This document shows positions 40,437 through 55,695 of a DNA stretch of 64,000 nucleotides, one piece after another (positions within the stretch are counted from its first letter, which is position 1; the number at the start of each line of letters is the position of its first letter). The notes beneath the pieces were generated by a model that was not told the origin of the DNA, made no database searches, and saw only the letters and a list, made by a program, of their open reading frames with translations. The DNA comes from Eledone cirrhosa (taxonomy: Eukaryota): the NCBI GenBank assembly GCA_964016885.1, contig OZ024745.1, positions 14,198,001 through 14,262,000 on the forward strand, read 5' to 3'. Position numbers and translations under genes: made by a program.

Positions 40437-40850
40437 GAGATTTGTCAGTTATCTACGTCTGATGTCTGAGGTTTGTCTGAGGTTAGAGGTTTGTCTGACG
40501 TTTAAGTTTTGTTTGAGGTTTGTCTGAGGTTTGCCTGTCATCTTTGTCAGAAGTTTGTCTGTTATTTATGTCTGAGGTTTGTCTGAAATTTGTCTGAGTT
40601 TGAGGTTTGTCTGAAGTTTGAGGTCTGTCTGAGGTTTGAGGTTTGTCTGAGGTTCGAGGTTTGTCTGAGGTTTTAGGTTTGTCTGAGGTTTGAGGTTTGT
40701 CTGAGGTTTGAGGTTTGTCTGAGGTTTGAGGTTTGTCTGAGGTTTGAGGTTTGTTTGAGGTTAGAGGTTTGTCTGAAGTTTGAGGTTTGTCTGAGGTTAG
40801 AGGTTTGTCTGAGGTTAGAGGTTTGTCTGAGGTTTGCCTGTCATCTACGT
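40437..40850. repeat. 18-bp minisatellite GTCTGAGGTTTGAGGTTT with degenerate edges
   Basis: Period 18 (40681, 40699, 40717), built from 11+7 subunits. Confidence 0.93.
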
Positions 40851-41824
40851 CAAACGTTTATCATATACGTGTCATACTGAATTATTATCTAGTTTCTTCT
40901 GTCTTTCTTTAATAGCTTATTAAGTTATAAATCCAGTGAAATAAAAGAAAAACTGAAAAGAAAATGACCAAAATTATCGTCTGGAGTTTAGAAAATGGGA
41001 GTCATGTGAATTCGGGTTTCCAATGTTAATATCGTAGGATTTGTGGTGCTGGGTAAAAGCCACCCAATTTGTAGGGTGTTTTTCTCGCGTTGTAGGCCGT
41101 GACCTTTGTTTGAACTGCTGCAGAACAGCTAACAATAAACTTAATGGAGTATTTGGGGCCGTGAATTTTCATTGTGAGGGAACATACAAAAAAAAAAAAA
41201 AGTGGTTTGTGTCATTTCTGGAGGTTTAGTGGGGAAGAACATTCTTTTGACTAGTTTTACCAGCACTTTTCAATATACAACTGGTCGTCGATGGCAATGA
41301 GAACTGCTCCTTCCTCCAAATCACTCGAAATAACAAACAATAATAAAAAACGAGCCAATGTGATAGCTTCTACGTGGTCTCTCGACTTGCTAAAACAGCA
41401 GCCAAATACCTTTCAAATCCTTTTTCGAATGTGTATTTCTAAATTCTTTGAGCAGAGGGAAAAAGATAGAAGGATAAACAAATATAATGCATTTGATAAC
41501 AGGTAAAGAAGAAATAACCCCAAATATATTAGGTGCCCCGGGAATGGTATAAATAGATACCCAACAAATACATACAGAAAATCATTCCATCCACACACAT
41601 ACCCAATAGAAAACATAGAAAACATAGATAAAGAGAATAACGTTACTAGTTATTCCTAATATATTAAAGACAACAAACACTATACAATAAAAAAAAAGCA
41701 AAGCAAAATAAAACTCTGTACATATTCAATGTACAGAGGTGTGCCTAGGTGTGAATCAGAAGGTAATAATGGATTTGATGATAGGTATGATGAAACAAGA
41801 CTAACCTGGGGTTAAAGTGAATAG

Positions 41825-42571
<747 letters not shown>

Positions 42572-42829
42572 AACACAGGTCTGCTTAAACAAGACTAAAC
42601 TGGGTTTAAACAACAATAAGAAGATCAACAACAACATATATATCTAACTGCAATGAATTTTCTTTTACTGTAAACTATATATTTTTTGCATTCTCCTAAA
42701 TAAATGGAGGTACGTTAGTGTCAGATGTGACCTATCACTTACTCTAATTAGTTTACACTGTCTTACAACTGACAGAAATTATATGATTTATATTATAAGC
42801 GTTAGTTCTCACCTAACTATGGCGAACTT

Positions 42830-42990
42830 GCTACAGCGAAGAGAGTATTTGATGTCCAGAAAAAAGCGTTACAAGGATAACCTTAAAATAATAGTGAAAG
42901 CTACGAGCATTGACATAAAAACTGGAAACATCCTGCATAAAACAGACCTCTATGGCGTACCCTCATCAACAAAAGTGCAAAATCTTCACA
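42830..42990 (+). pseudogene. Old RTE/BovB-like C-terminal remnant
   Basis: RKKRYKDNLK...ID motif. Confidence 0.5.
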
Positions 42991-44861
42991 AGAAATATAC
43001 ATTCAAGTTGTAGAGCTCGGCGAAGTCCGGTCAGCGAACACTTAATATGCAACCTCGGAACTCACATATCTTACAAATGGCCGTTATTTTTATGTCCGAA
43101 TCATACTGATCGAATACATATAGTAAAACCAGATTAATTATATCCAAATCATGGTCTTCATCAATTACTGCTAGATGAATGAACATTACAGCATATGCTA
43201 TGAATACAATCTGCTTTTAAAAAACAAAACAAGCAAATAAACGACAGTTCTTATAAAAGAAATTAATTTAGTGATAGATAAATTTTAACAAAGTGAGAAT
43301 TACAAAACAAATTTCCAAATGTTCAAAACTGCAAATAATGAGTTTTATCAACGATATTCTTTGAACTTTTTCCCTAATATTTCATCATATACATATAAAA
43401 TATAATTAATAAAACATTTGCTTTAGATTTAATGAATGAAATAATGAATATAGCCTTACTTTGAACTGCCTGATATGAAAGTCAATTAAATTTCCTCAGA
43501 GAGGGCTCTAATATATACCTTTTTACATTATAAAGAAACTTCATATTATTTCAATTTATTTCATAATTATCTAAATTTTGTTTATTATTTTGTTAGTTTT
43601 TCCTTTCCGTATCTATTTGACTATCTCGTAGTCTGCTTTCGTGAACACTCTTATCTCACTGGAGGTTTAGCTGAAGTATTTACTCCATCATTTTAATACA
43701 ATAGGAAAATGTGTCGAAAAATCGATAGATAACAAATTATCTTCATTAATAGATTAAGTTGATTTTAACTGCAATTTCAGGAAAAATCCAGAAGCTACTG
43801 TTACTTCAAAAACTTAATGACAACATAAATAAAATGATATAAAAACATTCGCTTTGATAAAGCGATCATAAAAGTTTAAAATAAAAAAGATAGTAGAACG
43901 GCAAAGATGTATTGTTATTTTGTTGCTGTTGTTTAACCACAGTTGAAAATAATTGGGCAGATTTATGTTCAAAATTGTTGCAGCCATGACCAGTCTGTAT
44001 CTTCAAAAATAGTTTACATTATCCAATAATGTCCTTCTCTTTTAAAAAGTAGTTAATATGGAATTTGAGAGAAATTTCATTGCTAATTCTAGCAGGTCAA
44101 ACGATCACCCGGAGGCTATTGTATTTTGTCTTGATAGACATCAAAGAACAGAAGGTATAAAATAATTTCTGGTGAAGTATTAAAATGACTATTAGTTTTC
44201 TCTTCCAAATGAATCGAGCAATTAAAAAACATATTAAAAAATGAACTTTGTCTCTGATTACGTTGGTGATTAACTCTAATTTATGCAAGTTGATGTTGCT
44301 CTGGAACAAATGTGAAGATGGAGGTAATTCGAAAGAGTTGTAATTTTGATATAAATATTTGGACGAATACCTCCTAAAAGTTTAATAATGGTATATGTGT
44401 CTCGTGAGGCTCTAACCTTTTCAAACATTGGTAATTACCAAGAAAATAAATATATAAACGATAGAGTAACAGGAAAACTTAATAACGTTAGTTTGATAGA
44501 CAAGTCTAAGTTTTTGTAAATTGTCTTTAGAGATGAATGATTCTATGATTCCAATAAAATAAAAAATCTTGGCTCTGATCAGAGCTAAATTCGGAGAATA
44601 TTGTAGAGCCGGTTCATATTTTTATCAAGCAATTTAGAGCTATAGTACATGTGTACTATTGAACACGCCATCACGAAGAACTTTATGAAACTTTGAATAC
44701 TTAAAAATACCTCGTCATAAGACACATGTTTCTCAATTACTCAATACGACAATAAGCATAAAAATAACTAAAAATAGATTAATATGTGCAGTTAATTAAC
44801 AAAATAATACAACTTATGTTGACAAATACTATTAGATATATCTGAAGTTCCTATATCAAAA

Positions 44862-45291
44862 TCTTCTTCTTCTTCTTCTTCTTCTTCTTCTTCTTCTTCT
44901 TCTTCTTCTTCTTCTTCTTCTTCTTCACTATTGTCTTTTACCACTAACTACTTATATGTTTAGTTCTCACATTTTACGCCAGTCGGATGAATGCATCAGA
45001 GGTCCAGACGTATTCCTGGGAGAGTCGTAGGGAGCAAAGTCCTCAAACACTCCTTTAAGCGGATCCTGTCAGAAGCAATCGCCTTCAATTGATCCGGCTG
45101 GATTACCAAGCGAGACCAGCCAAGCTCATAGATATTAAACAACCATCTTACTCGGGGCCTACCTCCGAGTCTCCTGCCGGTTGGTTTTGCCCGTAAAATC
45201 TGTCCAGCGATTCTTTTCCGAGACATCCTAATCACATGCTCGTAGTGTAGGAGATGTGAACTCTTGATTAAAAAAGTGGATAGTCTTTTGA
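44862..45291 (-). mobile_element. RTE-clade LINE 3' fragment, right arm of the inverted duplication
   Basis: Reverse complement of 41825-42212 with about 5 substitutions and the same outer breakpoint. Confidence 0.88.
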
Positions 45292-48200
45292 AATAAATGT
45301 TGATATGTTAATGTTTTCTTTCATATTGAAATAATCTATTGTAGCTGATAAAGAATAGTTTTAAGATCAGTGAAAAGTTAATCAAGTAATATGAGAAATT
45401 TGTTCAGTAAATCTAATAACAATAGTATTTCGTATCAATCAGTATAAACAGTATCTATAATACAATTGATTAGTTTGTATGGCTGAAAGAAATGTGGAGT
45501 TATGCTTAGTAATTTAAAAGGATAATTATTTCAAGTACATTTTAAATCTCTCTCTTAATAGATCGATACGATCCCAGATCCCATTCATTTACCGAGTTGG
45601 GTGGGACTTTTCAAATCGGACCAAAGAAACAATGTCTCCATTGGTCTTTCTATTGGTGATACTATCTACTGGTCGCAACTCCTGGCAGAAGGAGCAACGT
45701 GAGATAAAGTGTCTTATTCAAAGACATAACGCATCACCCAGTCCAGGAATCGAGCTTGCAGCCTAACGAATCTATTTCTCTAACCATTTTAAAGAATTTA
45801 GCATAATAATTAAAAAATATATATAAAACTGTTTTCATATTTCGATTTAGAATTTTCCAATAGCAATAGAAAGAATGAGGAATTGAAGTAGAAGAGGAAA
45901 TGGAACCGAAGTAAAATGTAGCTATGATAAACACCCATCAACACTATATGACTGAAACATTCGTAATTTTTGTCAGTAACTAAAAAGTATTAAAATATTC
46001 AATACAGTTATTTTTATCATTAACTCTATTCTTTTCTTCATATCTTTAAATCCTGTTTACTGTCAAATGAATTATTAAATAAGTTAGTTTTAAAAATAGT
46101 TTGCGAAACGAAATAGAATTAAACCTTTTGAGAATTAGTCGAGGATTGAAGGTGGAGCATATTTTAATATTTAAACTTAGTAAGATTGCAGAGGTTAAAG
46201 AGAGTCAAAACTTAAAAAACCAAAATAGGTTTAGAAACTGAAATATGACAAGGAAAGAATTTTGGAAAAAAGCATGATCAGCTTTATTTAAAATAATTCT
46301 ACTTGAAAATCGATTTCTCTTCATTTAGCACACCTCAGAATTACAGGGGATTTACAATGTTATGGCCTTCGTCGGTTTTTATGTGAATTAATAGAACAAA
46401 TAAAGTGTAATAAGCTTAATTAACTGATCACCATGTTGAGATAAAATTATTCCAAACTTTGGAGTGACTTGCAAATAGCTAGAAGAAAATGATTGTCAAC
46501 ATGTTAAAATGTTGTTAAAATGCTGTTAAAATGCTGTCAAAATGCTGTTAAAATGTTGTTCAAATGTTGTTAAAATTCTGTAATAGCATTTTACCATACA
46601 AATCAGTTCTTTAATTTCTCTCTAATGGATGATACATGAGTAGAATAAATAATTTCACCACCATATTTTAACACAACCAGAATGTTTCTGCTTTCCTAAA
46701 TTCTATAAAAATATTTGCAATATTTTCCATAAAGGAAAGGCGCCAATCGCCATATCGACCAAGGAAATTATATTTGCATTGATACTAACTGTCGGTCACA
46801 ACTCTTAGCAGGTGACTGGATTCAAATTTATAAGGCTCGGAGACGGATCAGACACAACAAAGCATCACGTCCGATTCTCCAACATCCCTGGACCTATATT
46901 TCACTTGTCGACTCTGAATGTTGAAACTCAATAAAATTTGAACTCAGTGTGTGGAGAACCGGAATAATCCATTACCTAAATTACCATGAATTGAATTCTA
47001 AACTTTCAAATTAAAAATATGAATATTGTACCATTCTCTGAAAGCTTGATGAGCTATACCACAGGAACACATGTTTAATGACATAAATTTGAGACACTTC
47101 ATATTGACTACACAGAGGATAGATAAACGAAAAGAACATTTTAAAAACTTTCAAATATTGCTTTTTAATGCTAAACAACGTATCAATTGTAATGTATGTT
47201 AAGTGTGAAGATTGAAGGATTTAAAGATAATTTATATATTGAAATAGTTAATGGTTCGGAAGTGTTAATGGTTCTATAGTGTTTACTTATAGTGTTTACT
47301 TATAGTGTTTACTAAATATTTAATCATTCGGGATTTTATTGAAAAAAGAATAAATCGATGCAGGATTGATTCCCCAATAGATGAATGAAAGCTAAGCATT
47401 TAGAATATAAGTGAAAATATTGAGGATAAAATAAAAAAAAAATATAAATTTAACATTTCAGCTTAAAATTTAATAGTGTCTCGAAGAAGAATAACGTTTA
47501 CTTTTAAACAGTGAATAAAATTTAAAGATTATAAAATGCATTATTTTCAGAGAACTGTATTAATAAAGAAAAAAGAATAGATTATTAAACACATAAGTAT
47601 ATGTATGTATATATATATAAAGTTATTCAACACTTTTACTAACATTTTAAGTAATTTTATGGTTCTTAAACCATAAAATTCCCAAGAGAAATATTAAAAT
47701 TAGCATTGATTTTTCACGTATGATTTTGCTTAATACACACACACATATATAATTCATACACACATACACGTACACCTACATACTCACTTTATACAGACAC
47801 ACGCACACATATAAGTTTCTGTTTTACTCAAATTTTTAGATGGAAAAATAAATATGTGTATGTGGTTGAGGTAATACATTCGTATAATATAAATATTGAA
47901 TATAAAACGAATTTGTTAAAATCCGTTAAAAATATATTTTTGAAAACTTTCATTAAAATAAAATTTGTAGCTTACAAATGATAGGCCTAAGGTTATGGTG
48001 CATAAATTTGAATTTGCTTAGTTATCATTTACTTTACCCTAAAACATGGTTTCTAACTTACTGATTTAATGCTTCTCACGAAACCCCTTCCAAACTGCTT
48101 CTTATGACACGCAATGGAAACAGAATGTTAAAATCTAAACAGCTTAAACTCTTGAACGAAATTTAACTGAATTAACTTAAACTTCTGAATGAAGCCTGAC

Positions 48201-48440
48201 TATATTATACGTCGCAAATAATTTGGTTTCGTGTAATTTTATATGGACCGCAAGGTATGTAATCTAGTATTTTTTATAAACGAAGTAAAATAAATATGTG
48301 TGAAAAGAGTTAATTATAAGCTTTCTAAATGGATGAATATGATTACTTTTTTTAGTTTTGCTTTGTACCGAATACGTTCAATTTATTCCTTTCTCCGCGT
48401 CAATCCCATTGAAATAAAGTTTATCCAGAGCAACAATATA

Positions 48441-48600
48441 GTTGGCAGAATCGTTACAACGTCGGTTAGGATGCTTTGTGGTATTCGTTACGGCTCCCTA
48501 CTATCTCAGTTCAAATCTCGCCGCAGTCAACTTTGCCTTTCATCCATTTGAGGTCTACAAAAAGAGTACCAGTCAAGTACTGAGGTCGATTCCTCCTCAA
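48441..48600 (+). mobile_element. tRNA-derived SINE, family A
   Basis: TGGCAGAATCGTTA..AGTTCAAATCTCGCC..ACTTTGCCTTTCATCC. Confidence 0.75.
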
Positions 48601-48688
48601 TATCTCAAAATCAACGTGCTAGTATATGAGCCACCCACAGACAGATCCAGATTTAATACAGTAGGTGATACAGCTGATCCTTTGAATA

Positions 48689-49031
48689 ATGAAGGTCGGC
48701 TGAAAAGTTCATAGTTTGAAAACGTCATAGGCTGACCAAGATACTCTCATGGAATGACTAAATGAGGTTTATCATTCAACATAATCCCTGGAAGAAAACA
48801 ATGCAGTTATTAATATGAAGAGTTGAAAATGAATGCATGTAAGATTTCACAGCTCTAGCATCACTCCTTCATAGACTAACTAAGATACACTCATAGAATG
48901 GCCAAATGAGGTTTATCTTTGGAGGGAAACAATGCAGTTATTAATATGAAGAACTGAAAATTAATGCATTCAAGGTCACACAACATCACCTCCTTCACGA
49001 TCATCCTATGAACTTCTCAGCCGACCCTCAT
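48689..49031. mobile_element. Tc1/mariner-type MITE with internal duplication
   Basis: ATGAAGGTCGGCTGAAAAGTTCATAG ... CCTATGAACTTCTCAGCCGACCCTCAT. Confidence 0.8.
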
Positions 49032-49464
49032 GCTGTTCATCTGATCAGTTTCAAAATATTTTCCGTTAACCTGATTTCACTCACAAAGTTTGGATCGATC
49101 CTAGACTATGGTAAATGTTACATAGACAAGTTACCTTGCAGTGAGATAGAACACGATAGCTTAAGATTGCAAAGCAAGCCTCTTAATCATTTGACCATTA
49201 TGTGTCTATAGAATTTTCATTATTGATTTTTAATATAGGCACAAGAAATTATATATTATTAAACATACGGAAAACTATTATTGAATAAACGTTACAGACC
49301 AACTAATATTCCCAGTTGTAATTTATATCAATTTTAAATTAAATATTCCTTTTCTGTAGATTACTATTCTTGGCTGAATAATCATATTTGAAAATTTCTG
49401 CTTCATCTACCACTTGCGTCTTCAATCAATAGATGGAACATTCAAGTAAATGCTAAATACTCAG

Positions 49465-49670
49465 ATTCTATACCGTTTGCACATATATCAAGTACAGGTA
49501 GATTGTTCATTATAATTCTATACTGTTTGCATGTATATCCAGTACAGGTAGATTGTTTAACACAATTCTACATTGATTACACATATATCCAGTACAGGTA
49601 GATTGTTTAACATAATTCTACATTGATTACACATACATCCAGTACAGGTAGGTTGTTGAACATAACTCTA
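49465..49670. repeat. 50-bp tandem repeat, 4 copies
   Basis: AGTACAGGTA at 49491, 49541, 49591 and 49641. Confidence 0.9.
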
Positions 49671-51523
49671 CAGAATATTGAAGAAAATTACGTATATGTT
49701 TGTTGTTGCTTTATGGTTAACCTGCTGGGCAACGTTGCTTGGATCTGACGTTGACTTCACCAGATTAACACTGAAGAAATTATTGCTACAGGTTGTACCC
49801 CACATAAATGACTACAACAGAACGGGAAGATTGTAATGTCGTCTGACTTTTTACCATCCCTTTGAGCTAATACTACCAGTTCCAGCTACGATGGGAAGCC
49901 ATCTGCGATTTCATTGTTAGCCACATGTTGTGGGAAGCGGCTGGTGCGAAAGCAGCATGACAGCGGAGTACCAAACTTTGGATCCACAAATTAACTTCTT
50001 TTACATTTCTCGTTATCGAGAATTTGATTCCATTGAAATAAAAAATGTGTTCTAAGGTGGATTAGGCGTAATCCCAATCTTCGATCTGATCAAGCTTAAC
50101 AATGGGAACATGGGAGTTTAGTTGCAGTTGGGTCCAAGAATTTGTGTTGCCAATTTGCTTCCCTCCAGCGACTTCCCCTTTTGTCAGTCTCCTCTTTATA
50201 TTTACTTTCAAAGAAGTCATATCCAGCACAGTATGAGTGAATTCTCAGCTGGATCAACCGTCAACAAGGAATCCTCAGTATCAAGGCTTTTGAATATATA
50301 ATTTTGTTTATACTTGTACGATTGCCCCCAAGTTCCTACTGGGTATGTTCCTTCTTGCAATTTTCCGTACGTTAAACAGTCAATAATTCGGCATTCTTTG
50401 AACGTAACCAACCCATTGTGGATAGTAATGCAACACCTTAGCCCCGATGCTCTCGAGTCTAGTCTGAATAAGAATTTCACTATTCGTAACGTGGACTTCC
50501 GAACGTATTGAGTACCTTATTTAACGGTGCTATCATACTTTTCTTTTACTAAATGTTGTTAACCATGAAAGTAATAGAAGAACCTATGTTTAATATAATC
50601 AAGTCGTTCTGCGATTTAAACTTAGAACAACGTAGAACCAAACTGGATAATGTATTGCATTTACTACAGCTGTTTTACTGATTCTGCTATCTGTATGACT
50701 TTTATGTGTTTAAAATATTGAATTCCAAATATTTTGATAACCATTTATACATCTTATAGATTAACATTTAAAATCAATAAACAGTGACACTCATTAATGA
50801 CAGAAAATTTATCAAATTTGAATGAAGGAAAACAATAGTTAAAGAAACACAGTTAAGATCTTGAATTCTCGAATTTATAATTCATATATTCAAAAACTTA
50901 TAAAATTTTAGAATTTATAATTATAGCAATAGCTTCTTCACGAAGATACTTTTCCAGGCAATCTGACCGGTTTCGTTTTCAGGTTATAGCCAGTTAAATT
51001 CACATACACTTCTCTAACATCCACATCGACGATGTGTGTTCCAGTTGTTCTATTAATGGAACAGTTTACTTATGGAATTAACGTGTAAGTGGCTGAACAT
51101 TCCACAGATACGTGTGCCGCAGGGAGATTCCGGATGAAAGTGTATAACAAGCTTGCCCATTTGAATTATAGATACAATCAATCTGACAGGCTTATAAACA
51201 TTTCCCCCTCAACCTAATTTTATTCACAAGGTAAAGTTGACCTCAGCAGGATTTGAACTGGGAGAGCAGGGAGCCGGAAGGAATACCGCAAAACATTCTA
51301 TCTGACATTCTATCGGCTCAGTCCAGTCGCCCTTGCCACATATGCATTTTCTTATATCAAATGATGTTTTCGTTTTTCTGTTTGACTAGACAAATACTTT
51401 TGTATAGATATATTTGTGAAAAGAATGCTTTACTAACGATGTTAAATGAATTGATTCTGAATTAAATTTACATTTAGGTTTCCGTATTTTAAAGAAGTGG
51501 AATGAAAAGATTGTGTTAGGTGC

Positions 51524-51554
<31 letters not shown>

Positions 51555-51683
51555 TCAATTTGCAATTGAGTTACTCCGTGGAGGTGGTACCACTGACTGT
51601 GATTTCTAACATAGATAAAGGTTCAGATTGGTGGGGAGGAGGGTAAAGTAAATTAGATTAATACTTGAATAATACTTATTTTA

Positions 51684-51922
51684 AGGCAGTGAATTGGCAG
51701 AGTCGTTAGAACGCAGCTTTGCGGTATTCGTTTCGACTCGCTCAGTTCAAATCCCGCCGGGGTCAACTTTGTCTTTCATTTTTTCAAAGTCGATATAAAA
51801 ATATATCAGTCTACTACTGGGGTAGATTCGTCCTATATAAATCTGTTTCTCACTTCCATTTTCTCGCTTTCTATCCTTCTCTGGAAGAAATCTGTTGTAT
51901 TCAGACCTGGAGAGGAGATGGG
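51684..51922 (+). mobile_element. Family A SINE with an additional ~75-bp 3' segment
   Basis: SINE head plus CTTTCTATCCTTCTCTGGAAG..TTCAGACCTGGAGAGG, shared with 59444-59692. Confidence 0.65.
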
Positions 51923-52382
51923 CTCCGTCAGGTTTTATACAAATAACTCCAATAGGAGTTACGGGACCATAAGGCATAAAATACTTATTTTATTGACCAC
52001 GGAAGTAGGAAAGACAACGTTAACTGAAGTGAGATTTCAATATAGTAAAAAAAAAAAAAAAAAAAAAATTAGACATAACCTAATACTACGAGTGAATTTG
52101 TCCAGTGATCTACTGATTTTGCCAACCTATCGTTCTTACTACAACAATATTGACAAAAGTGTTCGTAATAGGTTTTCTTTTAGAAAATGAAAGCTGTGTT
52201 ATTTAGTCATTGCAAACATTGCGTCTCTGAAGCGTAAATAGGCGAACGACATTTCAAATGTTTACCATCATCTCTATGATTAGTTTGTTTTTCTGGTTTC
52301 TCCATCTTTCTATGATTGAACAATCTTTCTTAGCAGAAACTACTTTCTTTCTTTCTTTCTTAGTAGAAACTACTTTCATTCC

Positions 52383-52433
<51 letters not shown>

Positions 52434-52450
52434 TTTCTCTTTCTATCAGC

Positions 52451-54225
52451 AGCAACATCTGCTCAAGGGTCAAGGTGAACGGCTACCTCTCGGAGCAGTT
52501 CCATATCACGAGATCCATCCGACAGGGATGCCCTCTCTCCTCCCTTCTGTACGTCTGACTCTCGAGCCACTACTGCGGAAGTTGGAGCTATTGCAAGGCA
52601 TCCCTCTAGAACCGGGACTGCGGAAAGCGGCGCCGGCCTACGCCGACGAGGAAGTCGGCACCTCACTGAAGGAATACGAAAGGTTCACAGGAGCGAAGCT
52701 GAACCGGGACAAGTCCATCGGTTTGCAACTCGGATCGTGGAGAGGCAAACCGATTCCTTCCGATGGCGTCGTCGGACGCTGGACGGAAGGACCGGTGAAG
52801 CTGCTCGGGGTCTGGTTTGCTCCGGACCTCCAGGTGGAGAAGAACTGGAACGAGGTGACGGCCAAGGTGTTTACGCTCACCCAGAAGTGGGCCGAGTGCA
52901 AACTATCCTTGAAAGGTCGAGCGGAGGTGGCGAACACTTTTATAGCGTCCGTCATCTACTACCGCTTGACCGTCGTGCCTTGTCCAGCCAAAACGCTCAC
53001 CATAATGGAGCGCACACTCTTCCAATTCCTTTGGAAGAAGCGGGCTCCTTTGGTGAGAAGATCCACCTGCTGCCAACACCCTTCAAACGGAGGGCTGGGG
53101 ATGCCGTGGCTGATGATGCGCAAAAACGCGCTCAGTCTGCGGCATCTCCACGTATTCCTCACCGGACAACCGGTGTGGGCCCCATTCGTGAGGCGAGACT
53201 TCCCACGACTCGTCTCGCTGACCTAGCTGCAGTCCTGGGTCAAGCAAAGACCGAGGAAAATGGGCGACTGGCACATCGAATGTGCTCAGGCGCTCACAGT
53301 ACTCAGGAAGGCGGACCCGGCGATCAGTGGAGACTCCACCTCGTCATTCTATAGAGGGTTGATCCGCAGCTAGTGCGACGACGCGCTCGGAGAAACTCTA
53401 GGCGTAAAGGAAGACGAACTGACCTGTCTGTTCGGTAGGACCTTCCGCCCAGGACCGATGGACAACTTCCAAAAGTCCCTGGCCTGGCAGTGCTACCGAG
53501 GAGCTCTACCAGTTCGAGACAAGCTCTACAGACATGGGCGCCCAGGCAGGGACCCTTCGAAAAAGATCTGTTCGAGATGCGTGCGAGACGAAGAAACCGT
53601 CGCGCACGCATTCGTACACTACCCGGGCGTTACCAACCTGTGGGGCTATGTAGAACGACTATTGTCGCGGGTGGGTCAATCCGGTTGACCACCGAGTATA
53701 TTGTCATGATCAAACCGCCAACCTCCTTCAAAAACGAAGGAGGGGCGGTTTTCCTTTGTGTGATAGCTATGGCGAAAGAGGTTGTATGGTGGACGAGGTT
53801 AAAAGGGCTGAGGTCAGACACCTTTCTCTCCGGCCAACAACTGATTCTTTTTTTCAAATACCACTTTGGAAGAAGAATCAGGGTGGAGAGAGAAGTGCTG
53901 TACCCCAGCAAATTTTATGAAAGGTGGGTGAAAGTGGCAAGAATGGCCCGAGTGAATAGGCCTTCTCTCTATATCAGCCTGTAGGTTGAGGAAAAGAGGA
54001 AGAGAGGAAAGGGGTACTCACTCTTCGTACTCCTGGAGATGAGGGTTGCACATTTTTTCGGGGGTATGTGTTACCCATATGTAATGTCTCCTCTATTGGG
54101 GAAAATCGATTAATTTTTAAATTGCATTTGTGATAGTATTTTACACGTTTTTATTGTATGTAAACTTCCCCCTTTGTATTTGTCCCCTACTTTTGTGCCC
54201 CTGTGGCTAATAAAGAAACGTATTT
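52451..54225 (+). mobile_element. 5'-truncated L1/Tx1-clade LINE pseudogene (RT 3' half, zf-RVT-like region, 3' UTR)
   Basis: VKVNGYLSE..IRQGCPLS, AYAD (deletion after it), GAKLNRDKS, KLLGVWF, LSLKGR, GGLGMP, CSRC..EETVAHAF; in-frame stop and frameshifts; AATAAA at 54209 then (ATCT)n. Confidence 0.92.
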
Positions 54226-54348
54226 ATCTATCTATCTATCTGTCTATCTATCTTTCTTCTTTCTTTCCTCTCTTAACAGAAACTTCTTTTTTTTCTTTCT
54301 TTCTTTCACCCGTTCTTTCTTTAATTCATTTTTTTCTTATCAGAAAAT

Positions 54349-54420
<72 letters not shown>

Positions 54421-54889
54421 TTTTCCTTCCTTTCTTTCTTCGATACCAGTTATAGGCACCACACGAAAAATAACACATAAGAAATAACAAGGAATGGTTT
54501 TTAATCAGAGAAGCAACAATATAAGTTTCCATGCAGTAATGAAAAATGCTGTGTTTATTTCGAAACAATTTTATACATGGAACTGAAGCATCCTCGTCAT
54601 ATTTAACAAATTAGAGTGATCGATAATAACACGAGAAATACGGAAATTAAACGCCAAAGACCAATCTACTTGCTGGTAAGATAGACATTATAGATTAAAG
54701 AAAAATAGAAGTAGAGACAGACAATGTTGTCGGCGGTTGATCTTTCATTTTTACCCTAGATTTCTTTCGTAAATATTAAAACAGTAAAAGTCTACAAAGT
54801 TTAGTGATGTTTGTTATTGATGAGAAAATAATGTTTTAAGTAAAATTATAATCTATTTAAATTCATCATCGAGTGGGAACTAAAGCAGA

Positions 54890-55695
54890 CAGACATTCAC
54901 ATATACTTTCTTTCATAAATGTACATACACATATTGTACAAGACATACACACACTTATACTTTCTTTCATAAATGTACATACACATATTGTACAAGACAT
55001 ACACACACATATACTTTCTTTCATAAATGTACATACACATATTGTACAAGACATACACACACATATACCTACTGACATAAATGTACATACACATATTGTA
55101 CAAGACATACACACACTTATACTTTCTTTCATAAATGTACATACACATATTGTACAAGATATACACACACTTATACTTTCTTTCATAAATGTACATACAC
55201 ATATTGTACAAGACATACACACACTTATACTTTCTTTCATAAATGTACATACATATATTGTACAAGACATACACACACTTATACTTTCTTTCATAAATGT
55301 ACATACACATATTGTACAAGACATACACACACTTATACTTTCTTTCATAAATGTACATACACATATTGTACAAGACATACACACACTTATACTTTCTTTC
55401 ATAAATGTACATACACATATTGTACAAGACATACACACACTTATACTTTCTTTCATAAATGTACATACACATATTGTACAAGACATACACACACATATAC
55501 CTACTGACATAAATGTACATACACATATTGTACAAGACATACACACACTTATACTTTCTTTCATAAATGTACATACACATATTGTACAAGACATACACAC
55601 ACTTATACTTTCTTTCATAAATGTACATACACATATTGTACAAGACATACACACACATATACCTACTGACATAAATGTACATACACATATACTCA
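54890..55695. repeat. 54-bp minisatellite, about 15 copies, decaying into an (AC/AT)-rich tract to ~56250
   Basis: Unit ACATACACACACTTATACTTTCTTTCATAAATGTACATACACATATTGTACAAG. Confidence 0.95.

Noticed and set aside
40437-40850. GAGGTTT repeat as telomeric DNA
   Set aside because: The true period is 18 bp and it is not TTAGGG.
49700-50520. GC-richer block as host exons
   Set aside because: No recognisable domain or clean splice pair; more likely decayed LINE sequence.
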